DNA from: an uncultured Dehalococcoidia bacterium
GTDB lineage: Bacteria > Chloroflexota > Dehalococcoidia > UBA2247 > RBG-13-53-26
Assembly: GCA_964423835.1 (NCBI GenBank)
Contig: CAYRGJ010000006.1
Coordinates: 11,284-75,283 of the forward strand
DNA: 64,000 nucleotides
Reading direction: 5' to 3'
Below, piece after piece: positions 50,954 through 62,773 of this stretch (the stretch's first letter is position 1; every line of letters starts with the position of its first letter). Both the position numbers and the translations under genes were made by a program. The notes under the pieces were generated by a model that saw nothing but the letters and a program-made list of their open reading frames with translations, made no database searches and was not told where the DNA came from.

Positions 50954-52783
50954 GTGGCAGTGTCCTACCCAGACAGCATGCTGAGCCAGGTAAGCAAGCC
51001 CGGGCGCTACACCGGCGGAGAATGGAACAGCCGTCTCCGGGACTGGCCGGCGGCCGAGGTGAAGGTGGCATTGGCCTACCCGGACATCTACGAGATCGGC
51101 ATGTCCAACCTGGCCCTGCCCATCCTGTACGAGATCATCAACGGCCGGCCCGGGCTTCTCGCCGAGCGCGTCTTCGCCCCCTGGGTCGACATGGAGGCCG
51201 CCATGCGGCAGGCGGGCGTGCCCCTGCTCAGCCTGGAGTCGAAGCGGCCGCTCTCCGAGTTCGACGTCCTCGGCTTCTCGCTGGGGTACGAGCTGACCTA
51301 CACCAATGTTCTGAACATGCTGGATCTGGCCGGCATACCGGTGCAGGCCGTAGATCGGGCGGATGCCCATCCGCTGGTCATTGCCGGCGGCAGCTGCGCC
51401 CTCAATCCCGAGCCCATGGCCGACTTTGTGGATGCTTTCGCCCTGGGTGAGGCGGAGGACCTGATTGTCGAGATGCTGGAGGAGCTCCGCCGCTGTAAGA
51501 AGGAAGGCCTGAGGAAGGATGCCGTCCTGGCCCGCCTGGCGCGGATACCCGGGGTCTATGTCCCCAGCCTGTACCAGGAGCAGCGCAACGCGGACGGGGA
51601 CTTCGCCGGCATCCGGCCGCTGGCCGCCTGCGCCCCGCCGAGCGTGCGCCGGCGGATCGTGAGCCCGCTGCCGCCCCCGGTCGTCAGGCCGGTGGTGCCG
51701 TACATCTCCGTCATCCACGACAGGGGATCGGTGGAGGTGCAGCGCGGCTGCACCAGGGGTTGCCGCTTCTGCCAGGCCGGCGTGGTCTACCGTCCCCAGC
51801 GGCACCGCAGCCACCAGGAGGTCCGGGAAGCGGCCAGGGATCTCATCCGCAACTGCGGCTACAGCGAGATATCCCTGGTATCGCTGACCACGACCGATTA
51901 TCCCGGGGTAGAATCCCTGGTCGGAAAGCTCATCGACGAGAATAGCGATTGCCGTCTCACGCTGTCCCTGCCCAGCCTGCGGATCGACGGCTTCTCGGTC
52001 CGGCTGATGGAGTCACTGCGCTTCAACCGGAAGCCGGGGCTGACCTTCGCCCCGGAGGCGGGGACCGAGCGGCTGAGGCGGGTGGTCAACAAGACCGTAC
52101 CGGATGACGCCATTATCGAAACCATCGGCGCCGCTCTGGCCAAGGGCTGGAGCAACATCAAGCTGTACTTCATGATCGGGCTGCCCACCGAGACCATGGA
52201 GGATGTGGAGGGCATCGTCCGCATCGTGGACAGGGTGCGGCGGGAGACCCGGAAATCACCGCCCCGGATGCGCATCAGCGTCTCCACCTTCGTCCCCAAG
52301 GCGCACACCCCGTTCCAGTGGGCGGTCCAGGACAGCCAGGAGTTGCTGGCGGCCAAGCACGAGGTCCTGAAGAGCGGCCTGCGCCGCGTCAGGGCCCACC
52401 TCTCCTGGGACGACCCGCAGGCCAGCATGCTGGAGACCATCCTGGCCAGGGGAGACCGGCGGCTGGGGCGGGTCATCTACCTGGCCTGGAAGGGAGGGGC
52501 GGTGTTCGATGCCTGGAGCGAGCGCTTCAAGTATGCCATCTGGCAGGCGGCTTTCGACCGGGCCGGGGTGGATCCGGCCGGCTACGCCCATCGTCAGCGC
52601 CCCGTGGAGGAGGTGCTGCCCTGGTCCCACATCGATGTCGGTGTGAGCCCGGGCTTCCTGAAGCAGGAATACGAGCGCACCTTCACTGGGGAGGAGACGC
52701 CTGACTGCCGGGTGGCCTGCAGCGGCTGCGGCCTGGAGGCGGCCGGTGATGTCTGCCGCCTGGGGAACGAAGGGCCCGCCTAG
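50954..52783 (+). CDS. Radical SAM protein (TIGR03960-like, B12-binding-like N-terminal domain)
   Basis: 609 aa; SKPGRYTGGEWN N-terminal pattern; CxxxCxxC motif CTRGCRFCQAG. Confidence 0.85.
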   Translation: MAVSYPDSMLSQVSKPGRYTGGEWNSRLRDWPAAEVKVALAYPDIYEIGMSNLALPILYEIINGRPGLLAERVFAPWVDMEAAMRQAGVPLLSLESKRPLSEFDVLGFSLGYELTYTNVLNMLDLAGIPVQAVDRADAHPLVIAGGSCALNPEPMADFVDAFALGEAEDLIVEMLEELRRCKKEGLRKDAVLARLARIPGVYVPSLYQEQRNADGDFAGIRPLAACAPPSVRRRIVSPLPPPVVRPVVPYISVIHDRGSVEVQRGCTRGCRFCQAGVVYRPQRHRSHQEVREAARDLIRNCGYSEISLVSLTTTDYPGVESLVGKLIDENSDCRLTLSLPSLRIDGFSVRLMESLRFNRKPGLTFAPEAGTERLRRVVNKTVPDDAIIETIGAALAKGWSNIKLYFMIGLPTETMEDVEGIVRIVDRVRRETRKSPPRMRISVSTFVPKAHTPFQWAVQDSQELLAAKHEVLKSGLRRVRAHLSWDDPQASMLETILARGDRRLGRVIYLAWKGGAVFDAWSERFKYAIWQAAFDRAGVDPAGYAHRQRPVEEVLPWSHIDVGVSPGFLKQEYERTFTGEETPDCRVACSGCGLEAAGDVCRLGNEGPA

Positions 52784-53526
52784 CTCTGGTCTTCTTCGGC
52801 GCCCACCTGCGTCTTGGCGATCTCAATCCACTGCAGGTACTCGGCGGAGATGCCCATGGCCTGAGAGGCCTCCACATCGACGTCGTAGGGCTCACCCACG
52901 AAGATCTTGCCGCATTCCTGGCTCTTGCCGACGGACGGCTCGTCCTTGCCCACGAACTTCTTGCGCCCGTCGATGATCCCCAGGTCAAAGGGCAGGGTGA
53001 AGTAGAGGTCCGCGATGACCTTGTCTATGCCCAGGTCGTATAGCGAGCCCCAGGCGGAGCCGTTGCTGCCGTGGTACTTGCTCACCGGCAGCAACCCGAG
53101 CAGGTTCTTGATGGTGAAATCCCCCTGCCTGTTCACCACCTTGAAGGGGGTGATGCTGATCATGTAGTCGCAGTACAGGATGACGTTGGGGATCCAGAAA
53201 GTGGCCATGGCAAAGGGGCGGACCAGCGGGTTCTCCACTTCCACCAGGACCGAGTCCCTCACGTCGAGGGCTATCACCCGGGGGAACTCGTACCCCAGCG
53301 TCTTGTAGATGGGCTTCATCTCCTCCTCAGAGGGGCTGCCTTCGAGCAGGATGATGTCGGCCTCACTGACGGCCCTTATGGAGCTGATGACCTTCTCCAG
53401 GGTCTCGCGGCACGTCGTGGCCGGGTACGGCACGGCGTAGCCGGCGCAGGGTTTGATGAGGATCCGCCGGGCCCATCTCACCCGGGGTGGGAGCTCAAAG
53501 ATGAACCGCTCCGCGTCGAGGATCAA
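52780..53526 (-). CDS. DUF362 domain-containing protein
   Basis: 248 aa; RILIKPC...LEG pattern. Its stop shares a CTAG with the convergent radical SAM stop. Confidence 0.65.
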   Translation of the reverse strand: MILDAERFIFELPPRVRWARRILIKPCAGYAVPYPATTCRETLEKVISSIRAVSEADIILLEGSPSEEEMKPIYKTLGYEFPRVIALDVRDSVLVEVENPLVRPFAMATFWIPNVILYCDYMISITPFKVVNRQGDFTIKNLLGLLPVSKYHGSNGSAWGSLYDLGIDKVIADLYFTLPFDLGIIDGRKKFVGKDEPSVGKSQECGKIFVGEPYDVDVEASQAMGISAEYLQWIEIAKTQVGAEEDQS

Positions 53527-54047
53527 GCCCGCCCCTCCGGATTCTTCAGTCTCCGGACCAGAAGATCAGCCACAGCGGCCCCGTCACCGCTGGAGAACTG
53601 CGGCACGGGGATGTCCAGGTCTTCGTCGCTGACCAAAGCCAAGAGCTCCTCTGGGGAGGAAGAGACCAGGCTGCCCAATTCTCTTCGGTGCACTTCGATC
53701 CTGGGAATGTCGCCGTACCAGCCGCTGCCGCTCTCTTGCTTGTAGCCCTCGACGATAATGAAATCGAACCCGTTGCCGAGCAGGCGGACCGCTTCCTCGA
53801 GGGTCGGAGGATGGCTTGCCTTCTGCATTAGAGCTAGCTTATGGGGGGAAACCAGTACCACCGCGTCGCTTCCGGCCTCGGCTAACCGCCAGCTGTCCTT
53901 GCCGGGATGATCCAGTTGAAAGTCGCCGCTGGAGTGCTTGACTGCAGCTACGGTGAAGCCCCGTTTCTTCAACTCTGCGATCAGGTTTTCGAGCAGGGAG
54001 GTCTTGCCGGTATTGGACCTTCCCACGACAGATACGATGAGAGACAT
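53523..54047 (-). CDS. mobB: Molybdopterin-guanine dinucleotide biosynthesis adaptor protein MobB
   Basis: VVGRSNTGKTSL P-loop and AAVKHS motif. 4-nt overlap with the downstream gene. Confidence 0.8.
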   Translation of the reverse strand: MSLIVSVVGRSNTGKTSLLENLIAELKKRGFTVAAVKHSSGDFQLDHPGKDSWRLAEAGSDAVVLVSPHKLALMQKASHPPTLEEAVRLLGNGFDFIIVEGYKQESGSGWYGDIPRIEVHRRELGSLVSSSPEELLALVSDEDLDIPVPQFSSGDGAAVADLLVRRLKNPEGRA

Positions 54048-54056
54048 TTGCCCCGA

Positions 54057-56135
54057 CTACTTTATTCTATCATCTGCGTCAATAATGAGCAGCCGCCGCA
54101 GGTCACCCGGGGCCGTGACGGCGGGGTAACACCGGCGTCCGCGGCAGACGTAGGCGGCCGGGGCCCCGTCGATACTGCCGCGGTCCCGGGCCAGGTCAAG
54201 GAGGCGCGGGGAGACCGGGTTGTCAGGCGCCCAGCCCACCATTGTCCGGTGCGGCAGGTACTGCCCGTGCACGGCCGCCAGCAGGTCCTCCGTCTTCTGG
54301 TCGCCGGCCTGCCCTACCACTACGATCTCCTCCGGCTCCGCCAGGTACAGCTCCAGGGCGCACAGCCAGTGGCCCGAGGCCAGGGGGTGGGCCCCCATCT
54401 GCTCCGCGGCCAGACCCAGCAGGGCCGTTGCCGGGCGCTGGTGCGCCTCCTGGCCGGTTATCCTCGACAGCCGCAACAGCACCTCGCTCGCCGAAGACAG
54501 GCCGCAGGGCGCGGCGGAGTCGGCCGTGTTCCGGGGCCGGGCAAACAGGGCGCCGTGCCCCGGCTCCGTGTCATAGAGCAGGCCGGGCTGGCTGGCCTCG
54601 CCGAAGCGGGCCAGCATGGCCTCGCCGAGATCGAAGGCCTTCTCCAGCCAGCCCTGGTCCAGGGTGATTTCATGCAGACTGAGAAAGCCGCGGGCCACGG
54701 CAGCGTAGTCCTCCAGGTACCCCGGGATGTCCGGGCCCTGGTGGCTGTGCGCCAGCCGGCTGCCGGCCATCATCTGTCCGGCCAGGAAACGGCCGCAGCG
54801 CAGCGCCGCCTCCCGGTAGTCCGGCCGGCCCAGGGCGCCGCCGGCCTCGGCCAGGGCCTGCAGCATCAGGCCGTTCCAGGACGCCAGCACCTTGCTGTCG
54901 CGCGCCGGGGGCGCCCGCCTCCCTCTCTCTTCCAGCATCCTGGCCCTGGCGCGGGCCACGATGGCCTCTGCGTCATCCTGCCGGGATTCGCCCCCGCCGG
55001 CCGGTCCTGCCTCTCCAGGAAGGTGCAGCACGCTGCGGCCCTCGATCTCCCCGCTGCCGCTGCCGACACCGAAGTAGCGGCTGACGATCCGGCCATCCTC
55101 TTCCCCCAGCAGCCGGCCGATCTCTTCCGGGGTCCACAGGTAGTACCGGCCCTCTTCGCCGCCGGTGTCCGCGTCCTGCGACGAGCAGAACCCGCCGGCC
55201 GGGCTGGACATCTCCCGAAGGACGTAGTCCAGGGTCTCCTGGGCGACGCGCCGGTAGCCGGCCTTCCCCATCACCAGCCAGGCGTGAAGGTACAGGCGGG
55301 CGAGGAGGGCGTTGTCATAGAGCATCTTCTCGAAGTGCGGGACGAGCCAGCGGCCATCGGTGGCGTAGCGGTGGAAGCCTCCGCCCAGGTGATCGTAGAT
55401 CCCGCCCGCGGCCATACGGTCCAGGGTCAGCTCTGCCATCTGCCGGGGCCGGGCGGCGCCCGTGCGGTGATGATGCTGCAGCAGGAACTCGAGCACAGGG
55501 GCCTGAGGGAACTTGGGTCCCGGGCCGAAGCCGCCATGCCGTCCATCGAAGGCAGCCTCCAGGCCCTGCAGGGCCTGGGCCGGGACGGACTCCGCCAGCG
55601 GTCCGGGCGGGGCCTCGGCCTCGGGCCCCTGGCCCAGATGGGAGGCCAGCTCCTGAGCCACGGCCGTTACCTGTGATCGCCTGTTCAGGTAGGCCTCAGC
55701 CACCGCCGCCAGGACGTGGGGAAACCCGGGCAGCCCGTGCCGGTTTTCGGGGGGGAAGTAGGTCCCCCCGTAGAAAGGCTCCCCCGAGGGGGTCAGGAAT
55801 ACGGTAAGCGGCCACCCGCCGTGGCCGGTCATGGCCTGCACCGCCTCCATGTAGAGGTGGTCGATGTCCGGGCGCTCTTCGCGGTCCACCTTGATGCAGA
55901 CGAAGTGCCGGTTCATCAGCCGGGCGATCCCCTGGTCCTCGAAGCATTCGCGCCCCATCACGTGGCACCAGTGGCAGGCCGAGTAGCCCACGCTCAGCAG
56001 GATGGGCTTGTCCTGGGCCCTGGCCCGGGACAGCGCCTCTTCGCCCCAGGGGTACCAGTCCACGGGATTTCCGGCGTGCTGCAGCAGGTACGGGCTGCTC
56101 TCAGCGGCCAGCCGGTTGCGGTGGTCCTGGCTCAC
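54057..56135 (-). CDS. Thioredoxin-domain protein (DUF255, YyaL/SSP411-like)
   Basis: [22 protein letters not shown]...[14 protein letters not shown]-terminal signature, followed by an alpha/alpha-toroid-like remainder. Confidence 0.85.
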   Translation of the reverse strand: MSQDHRNRLAAESSPYLLQHAGNPVDWYPWGEEALSRARAQDKPILLSVGYSACHWCHVMGRECFEDQGIARLMNRHFVCIKVDREERPDIDHLYMEAVQAMTGHGGWPLTVFLTPSGEPFYGGTYFPPENRHGLPGFPHVLAAVAEAYLNRRSQVTAVAQELASHLGQGPEAEAPPGPLAESVPAQALQGLEAAFDGRHGGFGPGPKFPQAPVLEFLLQHHHRTGAARPRQMAELTLDRMAAGGIYDHLGGGFHRYATDGRWLVPHFEKMLYDNALLARLYLHAWLVMGKAGYRRVAQETLDYVLREMSSPAGGFCSSQDADTGGEEGRYYLWTPEEIGRLLGEEDGRIVSRYFGVGSGSGEIEGRSVLHLPGEAGPAGGGESRQDDAEAIVARARARMLEERGRRAPPARDSKVLASWNGLMLQALAEAGGALGRPDYREAALRCGRFLAGQMMAGSRLAHSHQGPDIPGYLEDYAAVARGFLSLHEITLDQGWLEKAFDLGEAMLARFGEASQPGLLYDTEPGHGALFARPRNTADSAAPCGLSSASEVLLRLSRITGQEAHQRPATALLGLAAEQMGAHPLASGHWLCALELYLAEPEEIVVVGQAGDQKTEDLLAAVHGQYLPHRTMVGWAPDNPVSPRLLDLARDRGSIDGAPAAYVCRGRRCYPAVTAPGDLRRLLIIDADDRIK

Positions 56136-56446
56136 TTCTTCCGGCTCACCTTGACATCGACCTGCAGCGACCTGACGGAGTCCACGCCCTTGAGGGACGA
56201 GACCACGGCCTTGACGGTCTTGAGGAGGATGTCATTAGGGAACTGGGTCAGCGTCAGGCCCTGGCCGTTCACCACCAGGCCCACGGACTTGCCGGCGGCC
56301 TTCAGCTCGATGGTGCGCGGCTCCTCCGCGCCCTTCAGGGTGCGCACGCCCCCGGTCACGATGCCCCCCAGCAGCTCCTCCACGAAAGGATGCAGCTCGA
56401 TGTCCTTGTCGTTCACCTGAAGCCTGGTCTGATAGCTCTCCTTCAT
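56132..56446 (-). CDS. Hypothetical small protein
   Basis: ORF 56132..56506. ATG 56446 is preferred (GGAGG upstream). Overlaps the stop/start of both neighbours. No family recognised. Confidence 0.45.
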   Translation of the reverse strand: MKESYQTRLQVNDKDIELHPFVEELLGGIVTGGVRTLKGAEEPRTIELKAAGKSVGLVVNGQGLTLTQFPNDILLKTVKAVVSSLKGVDSVRSLQVDVKVSRKK

Positions 56447-56502
56447 TCTGACCTCCATCTCCGGGGCGCCCTTTTCGGAAGCCCCCACACGTTTGCCGGC
56501 CC

Positions 56503-59037
56503 TCAAGCCGTCTTCTCAGCCGGCCGCGCCATGCGGTACCGGTTCATCAGCAACGAGTTGGCCACCACCGAGACCGAGCTCAGCGCCATGGCCGCGGCCG
56601 CTATGGCCGGGTTCAGCAGGATCCCGGTCCAGGGGTAGAGCAGCCCCGCGGCCACGGGTATGCCCACCACGTTGTAGGCGAAGGCCCAGAACAGGTTTTG
56701 CTTCACCTTGCCGATAGTGTATCGGCTCAGCCGGATGGCCTCCACCACGTCCCTCAGGTCATTTCGCACCAGGACTATCTCCCCGCTCTCCATGGCCACG
56801 TCGGTGCCGCTGCCCAGCGCTATCCCGATATCGGCCTGGGCCAGGGCCGGCGCGTCATTGATGCCGTCCCCTACCATGGCCACCAGCTGGCCGGCCTCCT
56901 GCAAGCGGCGTACCTCACGGGCCTTGTCGCCCGGGAGGACCTGGGCCAGCACCTTGCTGATCCCGGCCTGCCTGGCTATGGCCTCCGCCGTCCGCTGGTT
57001 GTCGCCCGTGATCATGACCGTCTCCAGCCGCATGGCGTGGAGCAGCGCCACAGCCTCCGCCGCCTCGTCCCGGGGGGTGTCGGCGACGGCGATCAGCCCC
57101 GCCAGCACCCGGTCCACCGCCAGCAGCATCACCGTCTTGCCCTGGGCCTCAAGCGTGGCGATCTGCCCTTCGGCCGCCTCCGCCGGCACGTCGTTATCGC
57201 TCATCAGCAGGCGGTTACCCAGCAGGACCTCCCGGCCGTCAACCCGCGCCAGCACCCCTCGCCCGCTGAAGGCCTGGAAGGACTCCGGATCGGCGGGCTC
57301 CGGCCCTTCCATCCTGGCGGCAGCCACGATGGCCTGCCCGGCCGGGTGCTCCGATCCTTTCTCGGCCGCGGCGGCCATCCTCAGGATCTCGGCCCGCCCG
57401 TCCGCGGCTGCGCCCGGAAGGCCTGATCGGCCGTCTGCCGCCGGTGCTGCCCGGCCCGGACTGCCGTCTGCCGCCGGCCGCGAAAGGCTGTCCCCGCCGG
57501 CCCCCAGCGGCACCACGTCGGTGACGCCCGGGGCGCCGCGGGTCAGCGTGCCGGTCTTGTCGAAGACCACGGTTTGCAGCCGGTGGGCCCGCTCCAGGGA
57601 GGCCGCGTCCTTGATCAGTATCCCGTTCTGCGCCCCCTTGCCCGTGCCCACCATGATGGCCGTCGGCGTGGCCAGGCCCAGGGCGCAGGGGCAGGCGATG
57701 ACCAGGACGGAGATGGCGGTCTCCAGGGCGAAGGCGAAGGGCTTCCCCAGGATGGCGAACCAGGCGATGAAGGTCACCAGGGCCACGCTGATGACGGCCG
57801 GCACGAAGATGGCGGCTGCGGAGTCGGCCACGCGCTGGATGGGAGCTCTCGATCCCTGCGCCTGCTCCACCAGCTTGATGATCTGGGCCAGCACCGTGTC
57901 CCGGCCCACCCGGGCCGCCCGGAACTTCAGCCGGCCGTCCTTGTTGATGGTGGCGCCCACCACCTGGTCCCCGGGCCTCTTGTCAACGGGCATGGATTCC
58001 CCCGTCAGCATGGACTCGTCCACGGCGGAGCTTCCCTCCACCACTTCCCCGTCCACCGGGATCTTCTCGCCGGGCCGGACCACCACCATCTGGCCCACCT
58101 GCACCTCCCCCACGGGGACCTGCATTTCGACCCCGTCCACGATGACGCTGGCGGTCCGGGGCCTCAGGCCCATCAGCCGCCGGATGGCCTCCGAGGCCCG
58201 TCCCTTGGCGCGGTCCTCCAGGTACCGGCCCAGGAGGACGATGGAGATGATCAGGGCTGCCGTATCGAAGTAGACGTCGCCCTGAAAGGTGCCGGGCATG
58301 GCCGTAACCAGCAGGCTGTAGACGTAGGCCGCGGTCGTGCCCAGGGCCACCAGCACATCCATGTTGGCCCGGCCGTGGCGTATGGCCCGGTAGCTCCCCG
58401 CGTAGAAGCGCCACCCCACGAAGAGCTGGACCGGCGTGGTCAGCCCCAGCAGGAGCCAGCTGTCGGCCCGGCTCCCGAAAGGCATGACCATCGACAGCAC
58501 GAAGACCGGGATGGAGAGGGAGAAGCTGAATATGAGCAGCAGCGTCAGCCGCCGCCGCTCGCGGTCCCTGGCCCGCTGCTCGTAGTCCGGGGCCTCCTCC
58601 TCCGTGTCGGCAACGTTATAGCCGGCGTCGCGGATGGCCTTCTTCAGGCCGGCGATGCCGACGGCCTCCGGATTGTAGCGGACATAGGCCTTCTCGCTGG
58701 CCAGGTTCACCGAGACCGACACCACCCCCTCCAGCGAGTCCAGCGCGCTCTCTATGTTCCGGGCGCAGGTGGCGCAGGTCATGCCGGTTATGTCGAGTAC
58801 AGCCTGGCCGAGGGCCACTCCGTACCCGGCCTCCTCGACCGTCTTCACCAGGTCCTTCTCGGCGACCTGCGACGGATCGTACTCCACCGTGGCCTTCTCC
58901 GAGGCCAGGTTGACCTCCGCCCGGGATACGGCGGGAAGCCGCGACAAGCTCTGCTCCACTGCGCCGGCGCAGGTGGCGCAACTCATGCCGGTTATCTGCA
59001 GCGTGCTTCTCCGGCTCGATGGTGCCATGAAACCCAT
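56503..59037 (-). CDS. copA: Copper-translocating P1B-type ATPase with two N-terminal HMA domains
   Basis: [12 protein letters not shown] and [12 protein letters not shown]; CPC motif [11 protein letters not shown]; DKTGTLT; GDGINDAP. Trimmed to ATG 59037. Confidence 0.9.
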   Translation of the reverse strand: MGFMAPSSRRSTLQITGMSCATCAGAVEQSLSRLPAVSRAEVNLASEKATVEYDPSQVAEKDLVKTVEEAGYGVALGQAVLDITGMTCATCARNIESALDSLEGVVSVSVNLASEKAYVRYNPEAVGIAGLKKAIRDAGYNVADTEEEAPDYEQRARDRERRRLTLLLIFSFSLSIPVFVLSMVMPFGSRADSWLLLGLTTPVQLFVGWRFYAGSYRAIRHGRANMDVLVALGTTAAYVYSLLVTAMPGTFQGDVYFDTAALIISIVLLGRYLEDRAKGRASEAIRRLMGLRPRTASVIVDGVEMQVPVGEVQVGQMVVVRPGEKIPVDGEVVEGSSAVDESMLTGESMPVDKRPGDQVVGATINKDGRLKFRAARVGRDTVLAQIIKLVEQAQGSRAPIQRVADSAAAIFVPAVISVALVTFIAWFAILGKPFAFALETAISVLVIACPCALGLATPTAIMVGTGKGAQNGILIKDAASLERAHRLQTVVFDKTGTLTRGAPGVTDVVPLGAGGDSLSRPAADGSPGRAAPAADGRSGLPGAAADGRAEILRMAAAAEKGSEHPAGQAIVAAARMEGPEPADPESFQAFSGRGVLARVDGREVLLGNRLLMSDNDVPAEAAEGQIATLEAQGKTVMLLAVDRVLAGLIAVADTPRDEAAEAVALLHAMRLETVMITGDNQRTAEAIARQAGISKVLAQVLPGDKAREVRRLQEAGQLVAMVGDGINDAPALAQADIGIALGSGTDVAMESGEIVLVRNDLRDVVEAIRLSRYTIGKVKQNLFWAFAYNVVGIPVAAGLLYPWTGILLNPAIAAAAMALSSVSVVANSLLMNRYRMARPAEKTA

Positions 59038-59079
59038 GTTATCAGCATCGCCCCGGTCACGGAAGCGACCCACGTCTCG

Positions 59080-59155
59080 CTGGCGGGCGGGGCCCGCCGC
59101 CCCTGCCGCCGCCTCCCGGGCTGCTGTCCCAGGGCGCGTCTGGCGGGCGGGGCCC
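59080..59155. repeat. Two identical 16-bp direct repeats (CTGGCGGGCGGGGCCC), 60 bp apart, in the copA/dnaE divergent region
   Basis: Copies at 59080..59095 and 59140..59155. The second abuts the -35 position of the dnaE promoter candidate. Confidence 0.7.
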
Positions 59156-59159
59156 AAGA

Positions 59160-59168
59160 TGGTATAAT
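59160..59168 (+). promoter_or_regulatory. Extended -10 element TGgTATAAT upstream of dnaE
   Basis: TATAAT at 59163..59168 with TG at 59160-59161. GTG start at 59204. Confidence 0.45.
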
Positions 59169-59203
59169 GTCTCCGGTTCCCCCGCTTCCGGAAAGACATA
59201 GCT

Positions 59204-62200
59204 GTGTTCACACACCTGCACGTCCATACTGAGTTCAGCCTGCTGGACGGCATGTGCCGCATCCCGCAGCTCCTGGCGCGCGTCAGGGACCTGGGCATGG
59301 ACTCTCTGGCCATCACGGACCACGGGGCCCTTCACGGCGTGCTCGAGTTCTACCTCCAGGCCAGAGAGGCCGGGATCAAGCCCATCATCGGTTGCGAGGT
59401 CTACGTGGCGCCCAACGCCCGCCAGAGCCGGACCGCTGCTGACAAGGACCCCTTTCACCTGGTCCTGCTGGCCAGGGACGGGGTGGGGTACAAGAACCTG
59501 CTCAAGCTGGCGACGAAGGCCCACCTCGAAGGCTTCTACTACAAGCCCCGGGTGGACCGGGAGCTCCTGGCGGAGCACCATGAGGGCCTGGTGGCCCTTT
59601 CGGCCTGCCTCGGCGGCGAGATCCCGCGCCTCATCCTGGAAGGGCGTCTCCAGGATGCCGAGAAGAGCGCCGGGTGGCACCGGGAGGTCTTCGGCGACGG
59701 CCACTACTACCTGGAGGTCCAGAGGCACCCCCTGCCGGAGCTGGAGCGGGTCAACCAGGGGCTGGTGGACCTCAGCTCCAGGCTGAACATCCCCCTGGTG
59801 GCCACCAACGACGTGCACTACATAGAGCGGCAGGACGCCCGCTGGCAGGACCTGATGCTCTGCATCCAGACCAACACCACGGTCAAGGACGAGAAGCGGA
59901 TGAAGATGCCCGGGGACTTCTTCTATCTCAAGACCCCGGAGGAAATGGCCGCCGAGTTCGCCGACCTGCCGGAGGCCCTGCGCAACACGGAGAGGATCGC
60001 CGGGCTCTGCCATCTGGAGCTGGAGTTCGGGCGGCTGCACCTGCCAGAGGTGGAGATAGCTCCCGGCCAGACCCCGGATGAGTACCTGGCGGAGCAATGC
60101 CGCCGCGGGCTGGAGCAGCGCTACGGCTCCAGCCCGGCCCCGGAGATCCAGGAGCGCCTGAAGTACGAGCTGGAGGTGGTGCGCCAGACCAGCTTCGCCC
60201 AGTACTTCCTGGTGGTCTGGGACATCGTGTCGTTCGCCCGCCGCCAGAAGATCCCCTGCGGGGTGCGCGGCAGCGCCGCGGCCAGCCTCATCCTCTACTG
60301 CCTGGGCATCACCGACGTCGACCCGCTGGAGCACCGGCTGGTCTTCGAGCGCTTCCTCAACATCGAGCGCAAGGAGATGCCGGACATCGACCTGGATTTC
60401 CAGGATGACCGCCGCGACGAGGTCATCTCCTACGTCGCCGGGAAGTACGGCCAGGACCACGTGGCCCAGATCATCACCTTCGGCACGCTGGGGGCCAGGG
60501 CCGCGTTGCGGGATGTGGGGCGGGCGCTGGGCCTGCCCTACGGCCAGGTGGACCAGGTGGCCAGGCTGGTGCCCTTCGGGGTCGGCATGACCCTGGACAA
60601 GGCCCTGCAGGAGAACGAGGACATGCGCCGCATGTACCAGGAGGACGCCATCGTCCGCAACCTGGTGGACTCCGCCCGGCACCTGGAGGGGGTATCCCGC
60701 CATGCCAGCACACACGCCGCCGGCATCGTCATCTCCCGAGACCCCCTGGTGGAGCACGTTCCGCTGCAGCAGGTGACCCGGGGCGAGGCCAAGGGCATGG
60801 CCATGACCCAGTTTGTCATGCAGGACATCGCCCGGGTGGGGCTGCTCAAGATGGACCTGCTGGGCCTGATCAACCTGACCACCCTGTCCCGGGCCCGGGA
60901 CATCATCGCCCAGCACCGGGGGGTGGACCTGGACCTGCAGCGGCTGCCCCTGGACGATGCCCGGACCTTTGAGCTGCTGTCGGCGGGGGATACCGGGGGC
61001 GTCTTCCAGCTGGAAGGGTCCGGCATGAGGCGCTACCTGAAGGAGCTGCGGCCGGCCAAGTTCAGCGACGTGTCGGCCATGGTGGCCCTCTACCGCCCCG
61101 GCCCCATGGACCACATACCGCGGTTCATCAAGTCCAAGCAGGGCCTGGAGCCCATTACCTACCCCCATCCGTCCCTGGAGCGCATCCTCGAGGAGACCTA
61201 CGGCGTCATCGTCTACCAGGACCAGGTGCTGTTCGTGGTCCGGGAGTTCGCCGGCTACAGCCTGGGCCAGGCGGACATCGTCCGCAAGGCGATGGGGAAG
61301 AAGATCCCCGAGATCATGCAGAAGGAGAGGGTCCGCTTTCTCGAAGGCGCCCAGAAGAAAGGGTTCTCACCGGAGGTGGCCCAGGAGGTCTTTGAGCTCA
61401 TCGAGCCCTTCGCCGGCTATGCCTTCAACAAGGCCCACAGCGTCAGCTACGCCATGATCGCCTACCAGACGGCCTACCTGAAGGCCAACTACCCGGTGGA
61501 GTACATGACGGCCCTGCTGCTGTCGCACAGCGGCCAGCAGGAGAAGGTGGCCGCGGCCGTAGCCGACTGCCAGCGCATGGACATCAGGGTGCTGCCTCCC
61601 GACGTGAACCGCAGCCAGGCCAGCTTCAGCATCGAGGGCTCGGAGGCGCCGGCCATCCGGTACGGGCTGGCCGACATCAAGAACGTTGGGGCGGGCGCCG
61701 TGGCCCCCATCCTGGAAGCCCGCCGCAAGGGCGGGCCGTTCCAGTCCATCGAGGACTTCTGCCGCCGGGCCGACCTTCGCGGCCTCAACAAGAAGGTCAT
61801 GGAGAGCCTGATCAAGGCCGGCGCCCTGGATTGCCTGGCCGGGCGTGGCGGGCTGCTGAACCAGATCGACCGCATCATGTCCCTGTCCCAGCGGGAGCAG
61901 AACCTGCGGGAGTCGGGCCAGGCCACCATGTTCGATTTGTGGGGGGCCGCCACCGCCACGCCCCTCCCCGAGATGAGGATCGAGGAGGTGGAGGTGTCCT
62001 ACCGGGACAAGCTGGCCTGGGAGAAGGACCTGATCGGCGTGTACCTGTCCGGGCACCCGTTCTTTCAGGCCGCCCGGGAGCTCAAGTCCAGCACCACCGC
62101 CTTCTGCGGAGAGATCAACGCCGAGATGGCGGGCCAGACGGCGATCGTGGCCGGCCAGGTGGTCTCGGTGCGCCCCGGCGTCACCCGTAGCCGCCAGCCC

Positions 62201-62683
62201 TTCATCAGCGCCACGCTGGAGGACCTGGACGGAAGCGTGGAGGTCACCTGCTGGTCCCAGGTCTACCATCAGACGCAGGACCTGTGGATCGAGGGCAACA
62301 TACTGCTGGTCCAGGGCAAGGTGAGGGCCCGCAACGACGGCGCCCAGCTGGTCTGCGACCAGGTGCGGCAGTACGAGCCGGGGAGGGAGAAGCCTCCGGA
62401 GCCGCCGGCCGCCCCCCGGCCGCGCCATGAGCGGCACCTCCTCCACCTGTCCATGGCCCAGACCGACAACTGGCGGGAGGATGTGGACCGGCTGGACGCG
62501 CTGGTGGAGATGCTTCGGAGCTACCCGGGAGAGGACGAGGTATCGCTGACCGTGGTCAGCGATGGCGAGCGCATCAGGCTGGATCTGCCCAGTATCGCCG
62601 TATGCTGTGGCCCGGAGCTGCGGCAGCGGCTGGCGGAGCTTCTGGGCGAGAGAAACCTCAGGGTGGAGAGGCTGCCGTCCTGA
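59204..62683 (+). CDS. dnaE: DNA polymerase III alpha subunit
   Basis: 1159 aa; PHP-domain start [15 protein letters not shown]; polymerase core and OB-fold regions. Confidence 0.95.
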   Translation: MFTHLHVHTEFSLLDGMCRIPQLLARVRDLGMDSLAITDHGALHGVLEFYLQAREAGIKPIIGCEVYVAPNARQSRTAADKDPFHLVLLARDGVGYKNLLKLATKAHLEGFYYKPRVDRELLAEHHEGLVALSACLGGEIPRLILEGRLQDAEKSAGWHREVFGDGHYYLEVQRHPLPELERVNQGLVDLSSRLNIPLVATNDVHYIERQDARWQDLMLCIQTNTTVKDEKRMKMPGDFFYLKTPEEMAAEFADLPEALRNTERIAGLCHLELEFGRLHLPEVEIAPGQTPDEYLAEQCRRGLEQRYGSSPAPEIQERLKYELEVVRQTSFAQYFLVVWDIVSFARRQKIPCGVRGSAAASLILYCLGITDVDPLEHRLVFERFLNIERKEMPDIDLDFQDDRRDEVISYVAGKYGQDHVAQIITFGTLGARAALRDVGRALGLPYGQVDQVARLVPFGVGMTLDKALQENEDMRRMYQEDAIVRNLVDSARHLEGVSRHASTHAAGIVISRDPLVEHVPLQQVTRGEAKGMAMTQFVMQDIARVGLLKMDLLGLINLTTLSRARDIIAQHRGVDLDLQRLPLDDARTFELLSAGDTGGVFQLEGSGMRRYLKELRPAKFSDVSAMVALYRPGPMDHIPRFIKSKQGLEPITYPHPSLERILEETYGVIVYQDQVLFVVREFAGYSLGQADIVRKAMGKKIPEIMQKERVRFLEGAQKKGFSPEVAQEVFELIEPFAGYAFNKAHSVSYAMIAYQTAYLKANYPVEYMTALLLSHSGQQEKVAAAVADCQRMDIRVLPPDVNRSQASFSIEGSEAPAIRYGLADIKNVGAGAVAPILEARRKGGPFQSIEDFCRRADLRGLNKKVMESLIKAGALDCLAGRGGLLNQIDRIMSLSQREQNLRESGQATMFDLWGAATATPLPEMRIEEVEVSYRDKLAWEKDLIGVYLSGHPFFQAARELKSSTTAFCGEINAEMAGQTAIVAGQVVSVRPGVTRSRQPFISATLEDLDGSVEVTCWSQVYHQTQDLWIEGNILLVQGKVRARNDGAQLVCDQVRQYEPGREKPPEPPAAPRPRHERHLLHLSMAQTDNWREDVDRLDALVEMLRSYPGEDEVSLTVVSDGERIRLDLPSIAVCCGPELRQRLAELLGERNLRVERLPS

Positions 62684-62744
62684 CCCCGAATGAGACCAAA
62701 GTCGCATTCCCCATCTCCCGCCGACCGCTAGAATCCTCGTGTGT

Positions 62745-62773
62745 GATGTCGCCCGGGCGGCTCATGATATAAT
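62745..62773 (+). promoter_or_regulatory. Candidate promoter with extended -10 (TGaTATAAT), ~205 nt upstream of the rubrerythrin-like gene
   Basis: TATAAT at 62768..62773 with TG at 62765-62766. The -35 is weak. Confidence 0.35.
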
